The notes: a model not told the origin generated them from the sequence alone. DNA of 64,000 bases from an uncultured delta proteobacterium (GCA_963771175.1 CAVYSY010000056.1:64001-128000); one strand, 5' to 3'. Positions 28,959 through 42,872 are shown, counted from the first letter of the stretch. Program-made: numbers and translations.

Positions 28959-31316
28959 ATGGTCTACACGCACGGGGGTGAAGCAAGGCTCGCCGCGCCC
29001 AGCCTGTCAGGGGCCCTACCGCCTCTCTGGATTGGGGAAGGCCCTCCGGTCCAGTTCCTCTGGGTGAGCCCGACCCTCGAGGAATCCCTCGGCCACCCCG
29101 CCAGGGAATGGACGACGCCAGGCTTCATCCGCCGGCTCGTGTACCCGGAGGATCTCGACCCGCTGATGGAGGCCTGGCAGCGGGTGGCCAGGACCCGGCA
29201 ACCCCTCGCCATCCAGTTCCGGGCGGTGTCGGCGCAGGGACGCATCATCCCCCTGCACGTCGAGCTGAACGCGCTCGACACCCGGACGGGCGGCGGGGAG
29301 GGAGTCCTCGGCATCGTGCGCGAGCTTCCGTCCCGCCAACCCGTGGGCCCGGACCCGGGCATGCGCTGCGAAGAGGAGGTGGCGCAGGCGCTCTCCCGTG
29401 CCCAGCGGGAGCACAGGGAGTTCATCGACAACATCGATGGAATTGTCTGGGAGGCCACCGCGGAGTTCCACTTCACCTTCGTCAGCCAGCAGGCCGAGCG
29501 CCTGCTCGGATACCCGACCCGGTGCTGGTCGGAGGAGCCGGACTTCTGGGTCAACCACCTCCATCCCGACGACCGCGTGTGGGCCTCCTCCTTCTGCGTG
29601 AAGGCGACCGAGGAGTGCAGGCCGCACGAGCTCGAGTACCGGATGGTGGCCGCCGACGGTCGCACCGTCTGGCTGCGCGACATCGTCACGGTCATCGCCG
29701 AGGGACACCGGCCCACCAAGCTGCGCGGCATCATGGTCGATGTCACCGAGCAGCATTGGAACAGGGAACGCCTGCAGCACACGGTCTCGCTGCTCCGCGC
29801 CACGCTCGATTCGACGACGGATGGGCTGCTCGTGACGAACCTGAACGGGAGGATCACCGCCGCCAACCGGCGGTTCCAGGACCTCTGGCGGATTCCGGAC
29901 GAGCTGATGGACTCCCGGCGGTGCGAGCTGACGAGCGCTCACATCCTCGGCCAGCTCCAGCACCCGGAGCAGTACCTCGCGCAGGTCCGGGAGTTGGAGG
30001 CCAGGCCCGAGGCGGAGAGCTTCGATGACCTCGAGTTCCTCGACGGGCGCATCATCGAGCGCTCCTCGATGCCCCAGCGACAGGGGGAAGACATCATCGG
30101 CCGCGTCTGGAGCTTCCGGGACGTGACCCAGCGGGTCCGCACGGAGCAGGAGCGGGACCGGCTGCTGGTGGCCGAACAGGCCGCCCGCGTGACGGCGGAA
30201 GAGTCATTCGCCCTGCTCGATACCTTCCTCAACAACGCGCCGATCGGCCTGGGCTTCCTGGATCGCGACCTGCGCTACCTCCGGCTCAACGACTCCCTGG
30301 CCGCGCTCCACGGAAAACGCCGGGAGGACGAGGTGGGCCGGACGGTGCGCGAGGTGGTGCCCGAGATGGCCGCGATCATCGAATCCCAGATGCGCCAGGT
30401 CCTCGACACCGGTGAGCCCCGCATCGACATCGAGCTGCGGGGAGTGGTCCCGGTCAGCCCGGATGAGCAGCGCCACTGGCGTGTCAGCTACTACCCGGTG
30501 CGGACGCCGAGCGGCGGCATCGTCGGCGTCGGTGCCGTGGTGGTCGAGGTGACGGCGGAGCGCCGCGCACAAAAGGAACGGGAGCGGCTGCTGGCCGAAG
30601 CGCATGAGGCCATCCGCGTGCGGGATGACTTCCTCTCCATCGCATCGCATGAGCTGAAGACCCCGCTCACCCCCCTCACGCTCCACCTGGAGATGTTGAA
30701 GCACCGGGCGGCGGCCGGACAGCCCACTCCGCCCGCCGTCGTGGAGAAGGCGCTCGCGCAGGTCAAACAGCTGTCGGGGCTGATCAACGACCTGCTGGAC
30801 ACCTCGCGAATCGGAGCGGGGCGACTGAAGCTGGAGCCCAAGCCCCTGCGAATCCGGGAGCTCCTCCGCGAGGTCGTGGCGGACTTCCGCCAGAGCAGCG
30901 TCCGCCACGAGTTCGAGTGCGAGGGGCCCGAGGAGGACCTCGTCGTCCAGGGAGACCGGGACAGGCTCGCCCAGGTGCTGACGAACCTGCTGGAGAACGC
31001 CATCAAGTACAGCCCCACGGGGGGAACGGTGCGAGTCGCGTGCGCCAGGCGCGGAGCGGAGTTCCGCATCTCCGTCTCGGACGCCGGGATTGGAATCCCG
31101 GCGGACCAACAGGAGCACCTGTTCGAGCGCTTCTTCCGGGCACGCAATGCGCCCATCTCCGGCTTCGGAGGGCTCGGCCTCGGGCTCTACATCTGCCGGG
31201 ACATCGTCGAGAGCCACGGCGGCCGCATCTGGGTGGAGAGCGAGGCCGGGCAGGGCTCGACCTTCCACTTCACCCTCCCGCTGGTCTCGGCCACGGACCG
31301 CGCGCCGCCCACCTGA
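28959..31316 (+). CDS. Cytoplasmic multi-PAS sensor histidine kinase
   Basis: Several PAS/PAC units; ASHELKTPL H-box, NLLENAIKY, DAGIGI, GLGLGL; start uncertain. Confidence 0.92.
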   Translation: MVYTHGGEARLAAPSLSGALPPLWIGEGPPVQFLWVSPTLEESLGHPAREWTTPGFIRRLVYPEDLDPLMEAWQRVARTRQPLAIQFRAVSAQGRIIPLHVELNALDTRTGGGEGVLGIVRELPSRQPVGPDPGMRCEEEVAQALSRAQREHREFIDNIDGIVWEATAEFHFTFVSQQAERLLGYPTRCWSEEPDFWVNHLHPDDRVWASSFCVKATEECRPHELEYRMVAADGRTVWLRDIVTVIAEGHRPTKLRGIMVDVTEQHWNRERLQHTVSLLRATLDSTTDGLLVTNLNGRITAANRRFQDLWRIPDELMDSRRCELTSAHILGQLQHPEQYLAQVRELEARPEAESFDDLEFLDGRIIERSSMPQRQGEDIIGRVWSFRDVTQRVRTEQERDRLLVAEQAARVTAEESFALLDTFLNNAPIGLGFLDRDLRYLRLNDSLAALHGKRREDEVGRTVREVVPEMAAIIESQMRQVLDTGEPRIDIELRGVVPVSPDEQRHWRVSYYPVRTPSGGIVGVGAVVVEVTAERRAQKERERLLAEAHEAIRVRDDFLSIASHELKTPLTPLTLHLEMLKHRAAAGQPTPPAVVEKALAQVKQLSGLINDLLDTSRIGAGRLKLEPKPLRIRELLREVVADFRQSSVRHEFECEGPEEDLVVQGDRDRLAQVLTNLLENAIKYSPTGGTVRVACARRGAEFRISVSDAGIGIPADQQEHLFERFFRARNAPISGFGGLGLGLYICRDIVESHGGRIWVESEAGQGSTFHFTLPLVSATDRAPPT

Positions 31317-31380
31317 GGGCGCGGCAATGGAGTCGGAAACTGGAGTCCTCTCGTCACGGCGCTACAGTCCTGTCGCACGC

Positions 31381-31899
31381 ATGCCACCGTTGGACAAATC
31401 CGAGTTGCTGAGCCAACTCGCCGACCGTCTCCACCAGAGCGACCGGCTCGCCCACCGGGCCGAGGCCGAGGCCCGTGAGGCCGCTCGCACCCTCGCCACC
31501 GAGTCCGAGAAGAAGGAGGACGGTCGCGCCGTCATCGAGTACGGCAGCCTCGCCACCGGCCAGGCCCAGCGCGTCCGCCGCGTCCAGGAGGAGCTCAAGG
31601 CCCTCTCCGACTTCCAGGAGGCCGGCCTCCCCTCCTTCTCGCGCAAGGGCCCCGTCGCCCTCGGCGCCATCATCGACGTGTCCACCGAGGACGAGGAGGG
31701 CTTCGCCGAGCGCACCTTCTTCCTCCTCCCCGTAGGCGCCGGCACCGAGCTCACCGGCCCCGGCGGCGATGGTTTCCTCTCCGTCATCACCCCCGCCTCC
31801 CCCGTGGGCCGCGCCCTCATGGGACGTCGGGCGGGCGACACCATCGAGGTCACCCTCGCCGGCGAGGTACGCGAGTGGACGGTCCTCGAGATCGCCTGA
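31381..31899 (+). CDS. GreA/GreB-family protein
   Basis: N-terminal coiled coil, C-terminal VALGAIIDV...VITPASPVGRALMGRRAGD. Confidence 0.8.
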   Translation: MPPLDKSELLSQLADRLHQSDRLAHRAEAEAREAARTLATESEKKEDGRAVIEYGSLATGQAQRVRRVQEELKALSDFQEAGLPSFSRKGPVALGAIIDVSTEDEEGFAERTFFLLPVGAGTELTGPGGDGFLSVITPASPVGRALMGRRAGDTIEVTLAGEVREWTVLEIA

Positions 31900-31989
31900 C
31901 CCCGCTGGATTGCTAGCCGCGCCACTTCCTTCCAGGCTCTTCCCCGAAAGCAGGCGCCGGGGGCCCTGCGCAGGAGGAGATGGTGCGCC

Positions 31990-33654
31990 ATGCCTACGCT
32001 CCGTGGAGCCACGAAGCGCGTCGTTCCGGAAGCTCTGGAGGAGGCCCGTTGCGCGCCCTCCCCCCTCGAGGAATGGGCCTTCACCGCCGACCACCCCGAT
32101 GGCTTCATGGCCCTGCGGGGCGTGCGAGCCACCTCCGGCGAGCTCGTCGAGTTCCTCTGGGACTACCTCAACCCCGCCGCCGAGGCGCTGCTGGGCATGC
32201 GCCTGGCGGACCTGCGGGGCCGCGGCATCGTCGCGCTGCTGCCCTACGTGCGCACCGGCGGCTTCCTCGCGCGTCTGTCCCAGGTGGTGGAGACGGGCCA
32301 GCCCTACGTGGACGAGGTGCTCTTCCCCCTGCACAGCCGCGAGCGGTGGTTCCGCCTCGTCACCCTCAAGCGCGGGGAGGGGGTGTTCCTCTGGTTCACC
32401 GACATCACCCGCCGCAAGCGCGAGGAGCTGGAGACGGGCTTCCTCGCCGAGGTCAGCCACCTGCTCACCGCCTCGTTGGACGTGGAGAGCGCCCTGCCCG
32501 AGCTGGCCCGCCGCTGCGTGCCCACGCTCAGCGAGGGCTGCGTCCTCCAGGTGATGGACGGCCACGGCCAGCCGTTGATGCTCGAGACGGTGGCCACCGA
32601 GCCCACCCAGGAGGCGCTGCTCGGTGAGGTGCTGCGGCACTCCACCGAGGCCCCCTCCGGCCTCGTGGGCCTGCGGTTGCCCCAGGAGGAGCCCCAGCTC
32701 CTCGCCGAGCTGACGCCCCCGCTGCTCCAGGCCCTCACCCACGACGGCGAGCACCTGCGCCTCCTGCGGGCGCTCGAGCCGCGCTCCCTGCTCGCCGTGC
32801 CCCTGCGCGCGCGTGGGCGCCCCCTGGGCTCGCTCGTCCTCCTCACCTTCTCCGAGCGCTCCTTCGGACCGGAGGACCTGCGCTTCGCCAAGGAGCTCGC
32901 CGACCGCGTGGCCCTCTCGGTGGACAACGTCCTCCTCTTCCGCGAGGCCCGCCAGGCCGTGGCCCAGCGCGACGAGTTCTTCACCGTGGCCGCCCACGAG
33001 CTGCGCACCCCCACCACCTCCCTCAAGCTCAACGTGCAGTCGCTCCTGCGAGGGGCCCGCCGCGACGAGGCCGGCGCGCTGCCCGCCCCGCTCCTGGCCA
33101 AGCTGGAGAACGTGGACCGCAACGCCGGCCGCCTCAACGCGCTCGTCAACGAGTTGCTCGACGTCACCCGCATCCACTCCGGCCGGCTGCGCCTGGAGTT
33201 GGAGGAGGTGGACCTGGGAGAGCTCGTCCACGACGTGGCCGCGCGCTTCGAGCTGCCCGCCACCCAGGCCCGCAGCCCCCTCCACCTGCACGCCCCCGCG
33301 TCCGCCACCGGCACCTGGGACAGGCTGCGGCTGGAGCAGGTGGTCACCAACCTCCTGTCCAACGCCCTCAAGTACGGCGCCGGCAAGCCCGTGGACGTGC
33401 GCGTGGAGGCCGACGCCGAGCGCGTGCGCCTGGTGGTGCGCGACGAGGGCATCGGCATCGCCCCGGAGAGCCTGCCGCGCCTCTTCGGCCGCTTCGAGCG
33501 CGCCGTGAGCGACAGGCACTACGGCGGCCTGGGCCTCGGCCTCTACATCACCCGGCAAATCGTCCAGGCCCTCGGCGGCACGGTGAGCGTGTGGAGCGCG
33601 CCCGGCGCGGGGGCCACCTTCACGGTGGAGCTGCCCCGCAGGGCCACCCCTTGA
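31990..33654 (+). CDS. PAS-GAF sensor histidine kinase
   Basis: AAHELRTP, NLLSNALKY, DEGIGI, GLGLGL; AGGAGGAG RBS. Confidence 0.92.
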   Translation: MPTLRGATKRVVPEALEEARCAPSPLEEWAFTADHPDGFMALRGVRATSGELVEFLWDYLNPAAEALLGMRLADLRGRGIVALLPYVRTGGFLARLSQVVETGQPYVDEVLFPLHSRERWFRLVTLKRGEGVFLWFTDITRRKREELETGFLAEVSHLLTASLDVESALPELARRCVPTLSEGCVLQVMDGHGQPLMLETVATEPTQEALLGEVLRHSTEAPSGLVGLRLPQEEPQLLAELTPPLLQALTHDGEHLRLLRALEPRSLLAVPLRARGRPLGSLVLLTFSERSFGPEDLRFAKELADRVALSVDNVLLFREARQAVAQRDEFFTVAAHELRTPTTSLKLNVQSLLRGARRDEAGALPAPLLAKLENVDRNAGRLNALVNELLDVTRIHSGRLRLELEEVDLGELVHDVAARFELPATQARSPLHLHAPASATGTWDRLRLEQVVTNLLSNALKYGAGKPVDVRVEADAERVRLVVRDEGIGIAPESLPRLFGRFERAVSDRHYGGLGLGLYITRQIVQALGGTVSVWSAPGAGATFTVELPRRATP

Positions 33655-33757
33655 CTCCCGACGGGCGGACGGGGGCCCGCGTGGGCCTGTCCGGCGATGG
33701 ACGCTCTTCCGCCAATGGGTGGATTTACGCCGGCCAAGCTGCTTGGAAGGAGGGCCC

Positions 33758-36286
33758 ATGAGCTCGTCCACCGAGTCGGGCCCGAGGGCCGAGCCCGCGA
33801 GCCCGCCCCCGCTGCCCCTGACGTGGCCCACCGCGCTGTTCGGCCTCATCTTCGGCGTGGCCATGACGTATGCGCCGTACGAGTTCCACGCGGCCTTCTT
33901 CCGGCCGCTCTACCCGTACGTGCGCGGCATGGGCGTGGCGTACCTGGCCAGCAGCATCGTGCTCATGGCCACCATGCTCTACCCGCGGGCGCCGCGCTGG
34001 CTGGACGTGCTGGGGCGCGTGGGCTTCGGCGCCGTCACCGGCCTGTACTGGTGGGTGGTCAACGTGCGCACCGGCGGCCTCACCGGCGCCATCCTCTACC
34101 CGCTGCTGCTGGTGGGGCTCGCGCTGGAGGTCTCCCCGGAGTGGCGGCGGCGCGAGGTGTTCCGCGGCGTGGTGTCCCTGCTGGCGCTCGCCTTCGGCCT
34201 CCTCATGCTGACGGCGGGCGAGCGCTTCCCCTCCGTCTTCTACGCCTCGCTGGCGCCGATGCTGGTGCCCATGGGGCTCACCTTCCTGGGTTGCGGGGCC
34301 GGGCTGCTGGCCCCGGTGGCCACCCGCTGGCCACGCCTGCCCCGCCTGCTCTTCGGCGTGCTGGCGGTGGACTTCTCGCTGCTGGCGTGGGGGCTGGGCC
34401 GCATCGGCTCGGGGCCGGCCGCCAGCATCTACCTCATCTTCACCCTCTCGTGCGCCGCCGTGGCCGCCAACTGGCGCCCCCGCGCCCCGCGCACCGTGGG
34501 CATCAAGCTGCTGCGGGGCCTGGCCTTCGCCGGGCTGGTGCCGCTGCTGGCCCTGGGCGGCTTCGCGGCCTTCCTCGCCCAGGGCGGCATCGAGCGCCAG
34601 GTGCGCGACGACACCGTGCGCGCCGCCGCCGGCGAGGCGGACTTCCTGGTGCTCTACCTGAATGACGCGCGCGAGTCCCTCCAACTGCTGCTGGGCTCCC
34701 CCGGCTTCCGCGCCGCCTTCGCCGCCAGGGACCGGGCGAAGATGGAGGAGCACCTGCGCAACCTCCCCGCGCAGGCGCACGCCTTCGACGCCGCCCTCGT
34801 CGTGGACAAGGAGGGCCAGGGGCTGGCCGCCTCCTTCGCCGAGGAGGAGCTGGGCAGCTTCGCCCACCGCGACTACCACGCCGGCGTGCTGAGCACCGGC
34901 GCCGCCTACATCTCCCGCCCCTTCATCAGCCAGCTCGGCCTGGCCCACGTGGCGGTGGCCCTGCCCTTCAAGAAGGAGGGGAAGCTGGAGGGCATGCTCG
35001 TGGGCCTGCTGTCCCTGGAGCGCCTGTCCGCCGCCGTCACGCCCGCGGCCCAGCGCTTCCGGGTGCAGGTGGTGGACAGGCGCGGGCTGCTGCTGCTGCG
35101 CGACACCCAGTCCAGCACCCCCCTGCTGAGCGAGGCCCTCCTGCCCCGCCCCCTGCGCCTGCGCATGCCCGACGGCGACGAGGGCGTGGTGGAGACGTTC
35201 GGCCCGGAGGACCAGCGGATTCTGCTGGCCGCCGACTCGCCCGTGCCCGGCACCGAGTGGAGCGTCGTCGTCACCCAGGACCTGGGCGTGGCCTACCGCG
35301 CCATCACCCGCACCAGCGTGGCCTTCATCGCCATCCTCGCCCTGGGCGTGCTCCTCATGCTGGCCCTCTCGCAGTTCGTCGCCCGCGACATCATCCGCCG
35401 CCTGGAGACGCTGGTGCAGGCCACCGCCGCCATCGCCCGGGGCGAGCTGGGCCGGCGCGTCCCCGAGGAGGAGGACGACGAGCTGGGCGAGCTGTGCCGC
35501 GGCTTCAACGAGATGGCCACCCGCACCGAGGCCGCCCAGGCCGAGCTGCGCGAGGCGGTGCGCCTGCGCGAGGAGTTCCTCTCCGTGGCCAGCCACGAGC
35601 TGCGCACGCCCCTCACCCCCCTCAAGGGCTTCGCCGCCCTCACCCTCAACCGCATGGAGAAGGGCGCGGACTTCCCCGAGCGCGAGCGCACCCTCAAGGC
35701 CCTGCGCTCCATGGCCCGGCAGACGGACCGCCTCACCCGGCTGGTGGATGACCTGCTGGACACCTCGCGCATTCAAGCCGGCCGCTTCGAGCTGGAGCGC
35801 GCCCGGGTGGACCTGGTGCCCCTCGTCCGCGAGGTGCTGGAGCGCTTCGAGCTGCGGGGCGAGGAGGGGCTGCGCTTCCTCTTCGACACCCCCGAGGCCC
35901 CCGTGGAGGGCGTCTGGGACGGCCCCCGGCTGGAGCAGGTCATCACCAACCTGCTCTCCAACGCGGTGCGTTATTCCCCCCAGGGGGGCACGGTGCGCGT
36001 CCACTTCCACCTCACCCCCGAGGCGGTGGAGCTGCGGGTGGGAGATGAGGGGATTGGTATCCCACCCGAGAGCCTGGCCCTCCTCTTCCAGCCCTTCGCC
36101 CGCGCCTCCAACGCCACCGCCCGCCACTTTGGCGGCCTGGGCCTGGGGCTCTTCATCTGCCGCGAAATCGTCCAGCGGCACGGCGGCACCATCTGGGCGG
36201 AGAGTCCGGGGGCCCACCAGGGAAGTTGCTTCCACGTCCGCCTGCCCCGCGAGCAGCCGGCCTCGACCGTGGCCGCCGCGAGCTGA
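33758..36286 (+). CDS. Membrane sensor histidine kinase (multi-TM, Cache, HAMP)
   Basis: Multiple N-terminal TMs, HRDY..ISRP Cache-like segment, DELGELCRGFNEM HAMP, ASHELRTPL. Confidence 0.92.
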   Translation: MSSSTESGPRAEPASPPPLPLTWPTALFGLIFGVAMTYAPYEFHAAFFRPLYPYVRGMGVAYLASSIVLMATMLYPRAPRWLDVLGRVGFGAVTGLYWWVVNVRTGGLTGAILYPLLLVGLALEVSPEWRRREVFRGVVSLLALAFGLLMLTAGERFPSVFYASLAPMLVPMGLTFLGCGAGLLAPVATRWPRLPRLLFGVLAVDFSLLAWGLGRIGSGPAASIYLIFTLSCAAVAANWRPRAPRTVGIKLLRGLAFAGLVPLLALGGFAAFLAQGGIERQVRDDTVRAAAGEADFLVLYLNDARESLQLLLGSPGFRAAFAARDRAKMEEHLRNLPAQAHAFDAALVVDKEGQGLAASFAEEELGSFAHRDYHAGVLSTGAAYISRPFISQLGLAHVAVALPFKKEGKLEGMLVGLLSLERLSAAVTPAAQRFRVQVVDRRGLLLLRDTQSSTPLLSEALLPRPLRLRMPDGDEGVVETFGPEDQRILLAADSPVPGTEWSVVVTQDLGVAYRAITRTSVAFIAILALGVLLMLALSQFVARDIIRRLETLVQATAAIARGELGRRVPEEEDDELGELCRGFNEMATRTEAAQAELREAVRLREEFLSVASHELRTPLTPLKGFAALTLNRMEKGADFPERERTLKALRSMARQTDRLTRLVDDLLDTSRIQAGRFELERARVDLVPLVREVLERFELRGEEGLRFLFDTPEAPVEGVWDGPRLEQVITNLLSNAVRYSPQGGTVRVHFHLTPEAVELRVGDEGIGIPPESLALLFQPFARASNATARHFGGLGLGLFICREIVQRHGGTIWAESPGAHQGSCFHVRLPREQPASTVAAAS

Positions 36287-36420
36287 ACCTCGCACGGTGG
36301 GTCACGGAAGACTCGTTTTCTGGGGGGGCTGGTGCGGAAAGGGGGAATTCACGGTAATGTCTTTTTCCACCGAGGCGGTTCCCCAGGTCGCCCTGGCGAC
36401 AGGAGCCGAATCCCCCCCTC

Positions 36421-39233
<2,813 letters not shown>

Positions 39234-39339
39234 GGGCCTCGGTCGGTTATCGGACCCTCCTCCTCCTGACGGATAGGGAGGGCGGGGCAACTGGGACAGG
39301 CTGCGCTCCCGTCCTCTTCCCGCACTCCGAGGTCTCCCG

Positions 39340-40743
39340 ATGAACCGGACATTGCTGTTGCTGGCCACCGCCGGACTGCTCGCCCTGGCGGCGGGGGTGG
39401 TGGGCCTGCCCCGCCAGAAGGACACGAGCCACACCGTGGCCCGGCCCGGCGAGGAGCCCGGCGGGGTGCTGCTGACGCCCGTCACGGCGAAGAGCGGCGC
39501 GCTGACGCTGGAGGGCAAGCTGTCCGGGGCCTACATGGCCGCGGGGCCGAGCGAGGCCTTCACCTCCCTGACGGTGCGCGCGGACAAGCCCCGCGAGGAG
39601 AAGCGGGTGCCGGTGAGCCTGGCGCTCGTCATCGACCGCTCGGGCTCCATGCGCGGGCAGAAGCTGACGGACGCGAAGCACGCGGCGCGGACGCTGGTGC
39701 AGCGGCTGGAGCCCGAGGACCGGCTGGCGCTGGTGCACTACGGCACGGACGTGCGCGTCTTCCCCAGCACGCCGGTGTCGGAGTCGGCGCGCCAGGAGAT
39801 GCTCCAGTTCGTGGACGCCATCGAGGACGAGGGCTCCACCAACATCAGCGGCGGCCTGGAGGAGGCGGCCAACGAGCTGCGCAAGTACACGAAGGGCTAC
39901 CGGGTGAGCCGCATCATCCTGCTGAGCGACGGGCAGCCCACCGCGGGGCTGGTGGAGCCCGAGGAGCTGACGCGGCTGGCCGCCACCTTCCAGCGCGAGG
40001 GAATGACGGTGAGCGGGCTGGGCGTGGGCGAGGACTTCAACGAGCGGCTGATGCAGGGCATGGCCGAGCAGGGCGGCGGCTTCTACGGCTACATCCAGGA
40101 CTCGGAGCGGCTGGCGGACATCTTCCGGCGCGAGCTGGAGCAGGCGGCGGGGACGGTGGCGCGCGGGGTGGAGCTGCGGCTGGAGCTGCCCGAGGGGGTG
40201 ACGGAGGCGGAAGTCATGGGCGTGACGGCCCGGCGCGAGGGCCGCACCCTGGTGGTGCCGCTGTACGACCTGGCGGGCGGACAGGACGCCCAGGTGGTGG
40301 TGAAGCTCACCCTGTCGCTGGAGGCCACCGAGGAGGCCCGGGGCCTGCTGACGTCGCGGCTACGCTACTGGGACGTGGGGGCCGAGCGGCAGGTGGAGAC
40401 GGAGCTCGGCCTGACGGCGAAGGTGACGGAGGACGAGTCGGTGGTGCGCGCCCACCTGGACCGCGAGGTGCGGGTGTACGCGGTGCGGGCGCTCGGGGCG
40501 CGGGAGCTGCAGGCGGCCGCCGAGGAGATGAAGCGGGGCAACCGCGACCGGGCGCTCGGGATGTTGGACAACGCACGCAGCCTGTTCGGCACCTCGGCGG
40601 AGGCGCTGGCGGGGGAGCTTGCGGACGTGGACCGGACCCGGGCAGCCTATCTCAACGCGCAGGATGAAACCGCCGAGCGGCGTGAGGCGTTACAGCTTCA
40701 TCGCAAGTCGCTGAAGACGTTCGGCCAGAACAACTCCTATTGA
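39340..40743 (+). CDS. Exported/anchored VWA-domain protein
   Basis: N-terminal hydrophobic segment; MIDAS DRSGSM, GSTN, LLSDG. Confidence 0.9.
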   Translation: MNRTLLLLATAGLLALAAGVVGLPRQKDTSHTVARPGEEPGGVLLTPVTAKSGALTLEGKLSGAYMAAGPSEAFTSLTVRADKPREEKRVPVSLALVIDRSGSMRGQKLTDAKHAARTLVQRLEPEDRLALVHYGTDVRVFPSTPVSESARQEMLQFVDAIEDEGSTNISGGLEEAANELRKYTKGYRVSRIILLSDGQPTAGLVEPEELTRLAATFQREGMTVSGLGVGEDFNERLMQGMAEQGGGFYGYIQDSERLADIFRRELEQAAGTVARGVELRLELPEGVTEAEVMGVTARREGRTLVVPLYDLAGGQDAQVVVKLTLSLEATEEARGLLTSRLRYWDVGAERQVETELGLTAKVTEDESVVRAHLDREVRVYAVRALGARELQAAAEEMKRGNRDRALGMLDNARSLFGTSAEALAGELADVDRTRAAYLNAQDETAERREALQLHRKSLKTFGQNNSY

Positions 40744-40752
40744 AAGGCCCCC

Positions 40753-41847
40753 ATGGCCCTGTCGGTACAGCTCCAGGAACGCGAGGACTTCGAGGTGCGC
40801 ACGCTGCGTGCGCTGGGGGGTGGAGCGGCCGCGGGCCTGTTCGCGGTGGCGGCCTCGCGGCTGCACGTCCACGTGGACACGGGCTTCTTCGCACTGGCGG
40901 GGGCGGCACTGGCCAGCGCTCGGGTGGACTGGAAGGTGCGGCTGGGCATGGTGGTGGGCCTGCCGGTGCTGCTCGGCATCCCCGAAGTGCTGAACGTGCC
41001 GACGCCTCTGGCCGAGGCCTGCATGGGGACCCTCTCGGCCGGCCTGGTGGGCTGGCTGGGGACGAGCTGGCGGCCGAAGCCGCTTCAAATCCTGGCCGGA
41101 GCCGTGGGCGCGGGTGCGCTGGTGCCGCTGGGGCTGTTCGTGAAGCAGGTGATGGACGCGCGGCTGTTCGATGGACGGCTGGGCGCGGTGGGGGCGGTGC
41201 TGGGCTTCGCGGCGGTGGCGCTCTTCTGGGGGGTGGGGACGCTGGCGGCGCACGTGCAGGTGCACGGGGACGCGGTGGAGGCACGGGGCACGGTGCTGGA
41301 GAAGCAGCTCTCGGGCGAGGCCCAGGGACTGGTGGCGCGCGCGGTGGCGCTGTACCGCCAGTGCCGGAAGGTGACGGGGAAGCTCGGGGCGGGGCCGGGG
41401 CGCACGGAGCTGGTGGGCGTGCTGGAGAAGATGGCGCGCGAGGTGTTCGCCCTCGCCGAGTCCCACGCGGGACTGGAGGCGCAGCTCAAGGCGGTGGAGC
41501 AGGGGGACGTGGACGCGCAGGTGAAGGAGCTGCGCGCGAAGGCCGCCGCGATGACGGACGCGGTGGCGCGACGGCAGCTCGAGCTGGCGGCCTCGTCGCT
41601 GGGCGAGGAGCTGAACCACCTGGACGTGCTGGGCCGCAAGCGGGAGCGACTGCTGGCGCAGTTGCACGCGCAGGTGGCGCTGCTGGAGCGGGCGCGGGTG
41701 TCGCTCGTGGGAGTCCAGGGCGGCGACCTGGGAACGAAGGGCGCACAGGCCGAGCAGCTCGCGCGCAAGCTGGCGGCACTGGGCCAGGAGGACTCGGGCG
41801 CACCGGCTCCGGCCCCACTGCCCGAGTCCACCAAGGTGACGGGCTGA
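40753..41847 (+). CDS. Membrane protein with C-terminal coiled coil
   Basis: About 6 hydrophobic segments then a long heptad-rich helix; 9 bp after the VWA stop. Confidence 0.78.
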   Translation: MALSVQLQEREDFEVRTLRALGGGAAAGLFAVAASRLHVHVDTGFFALAGAALASARVDWKVRLGMVVGLPVLLGIPEVLNVPTPLAEACMGTLSAGLVGWLGTSWRPKPLQILAGAVGAGALVPLGLFVKQVMDARLFDGRLGAVGAVLGFAAVALFWGVGTLAAHVQVHGDAVEARGTVLEKQLSGEAQGLVARAVALYRQCRKVTGKLGAGPGRTELVGVLEKMAREVFALAESHAGLEAQLKAVEQGDVDAQVKELRAKAAAMTDAVARRQLELAASSLGEELNHLDVLGRKRERLLAQLHAQVALLERARVSLVGVQGGDLGTKGAQAEQLARKLAALGQEDSGAPAPAPLPESTKVTG

Positions 41848-41876
41848 GCACCCTCCCCGCCCAAGGCGCGTCCAAC

Positions 41877-42026
41877 ACAGGAGGCCCTCCGGGCTCGGTT
41901 CCGAAAAACCTGTCCGACAGTCGGACAGGTTTTTGAAAAACGCGCCCGGGAGGTCGGCGGGTCTCGCGGGACAGGAGGACCCTCCGGGCTCGGTTCCGCG
42001 CAACTTGTACACATAGTGGACAAGTT
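41877..42026. repeat. Composite REP-like element: two 27/28-bp direct repeats, each followed by a palindrome
   Basis: ACAGGAGG(A)CCCTCCGGGCTCGGTTCCG at 41877 and 41971; perfect AAAAACCTGTCCGAC-A-GTCGGACAGGTTTTT at 41904-41934; imperfect AACTTGTACAC-ATA-GTGGACAAGTT at 42002-42026. Confidence 0.8.
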
Positions 42027-42103
42027 CGTGACGAGCGCGACCAGGAGGCCAGTGGGTCTCTGGGGGGTGGCAGGCGTGTGCGGCGCGGACGCGCTGATGT
42101 TGC

Positions 42104-42842
42104 TCAGTCCTCGAACTCATCACGGTGCCGCAAGCAGACGGCGCTCGCCAGCATCGTGATGCCAATCACCAGGCAGGGGTAGGACTCCGGCGGGGTCTGG
42201 CCCGACATCAACACGAAGAGGGAGAGAGCGAACACCCCCAGCAGCCCGAGCGCCCCATTGGCGAAGAACTTCAGCCACCGGAGGCGATACCGCTCCGCCA
42301 GGGCCGACAGGACCGCCGGCAGGAACATCACCCCCGCGAGGATCCCCAGTCCGTCGAGGTAGTGCGTCCAGTCGCGCGTGCTGGTCAGCGCGACCACTAC
42401 GGTCGGCAGGACCGCGCTCATCGCGGCCAGCCTCACGCCCCAGCGAGAATGAGCGGGACAGCGCCCGCGGCGAGAACCCGCGCATCCGCTCCAGCACCTC
42501 CGGGGGCACCTCGAGCGCATAGGGATAGCCGAGCGCCAGGAGCGCATTCAACGCCTCGGGGCGTACCAAACGCCCGTCCTTGCCGGAGAGGTTCCCGAGC
42601 GCCTCATCCGACAGGAGGCGCAGCAACTGGTCCGCTCGCTCGCGCGGGGACTCCCCCTCCACGAGGGGCCCCGAGAGCCCGGCCAGGAGCCCCTCCACGT
42701 CCCCGAGCGTCACCCCGGGGGAACTCACCGTCTCCACCCACTCCCGCAGCGGGAGCGCCCTCGGGCCGGACTCCAGGGAGGCCAGTCCCGGGAGGGCACT
42801 CTCCTCGGAAGGGGCGGGGGCGATGGCTCGGATGCGCTCCAT
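42104..42842 (-). CDS. Hypothetical membrane protein; +1 frameshift near 42436
   Basis: Soluble N-terminus (ALGYPYALEVPPE) joins a 4-TM C-terminus if one base is removed. Confidence 0.6.
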
Positions 42843-42872
42843 GACGGAGACGAGTCTAGAACTTCACCGCGC

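Noticed and set aside
41877..41998. Direct repeats as a mini CRISPR array
   Set aside because: Only two copies, a 67-bp palindromic spacer, and no cas genes in the window
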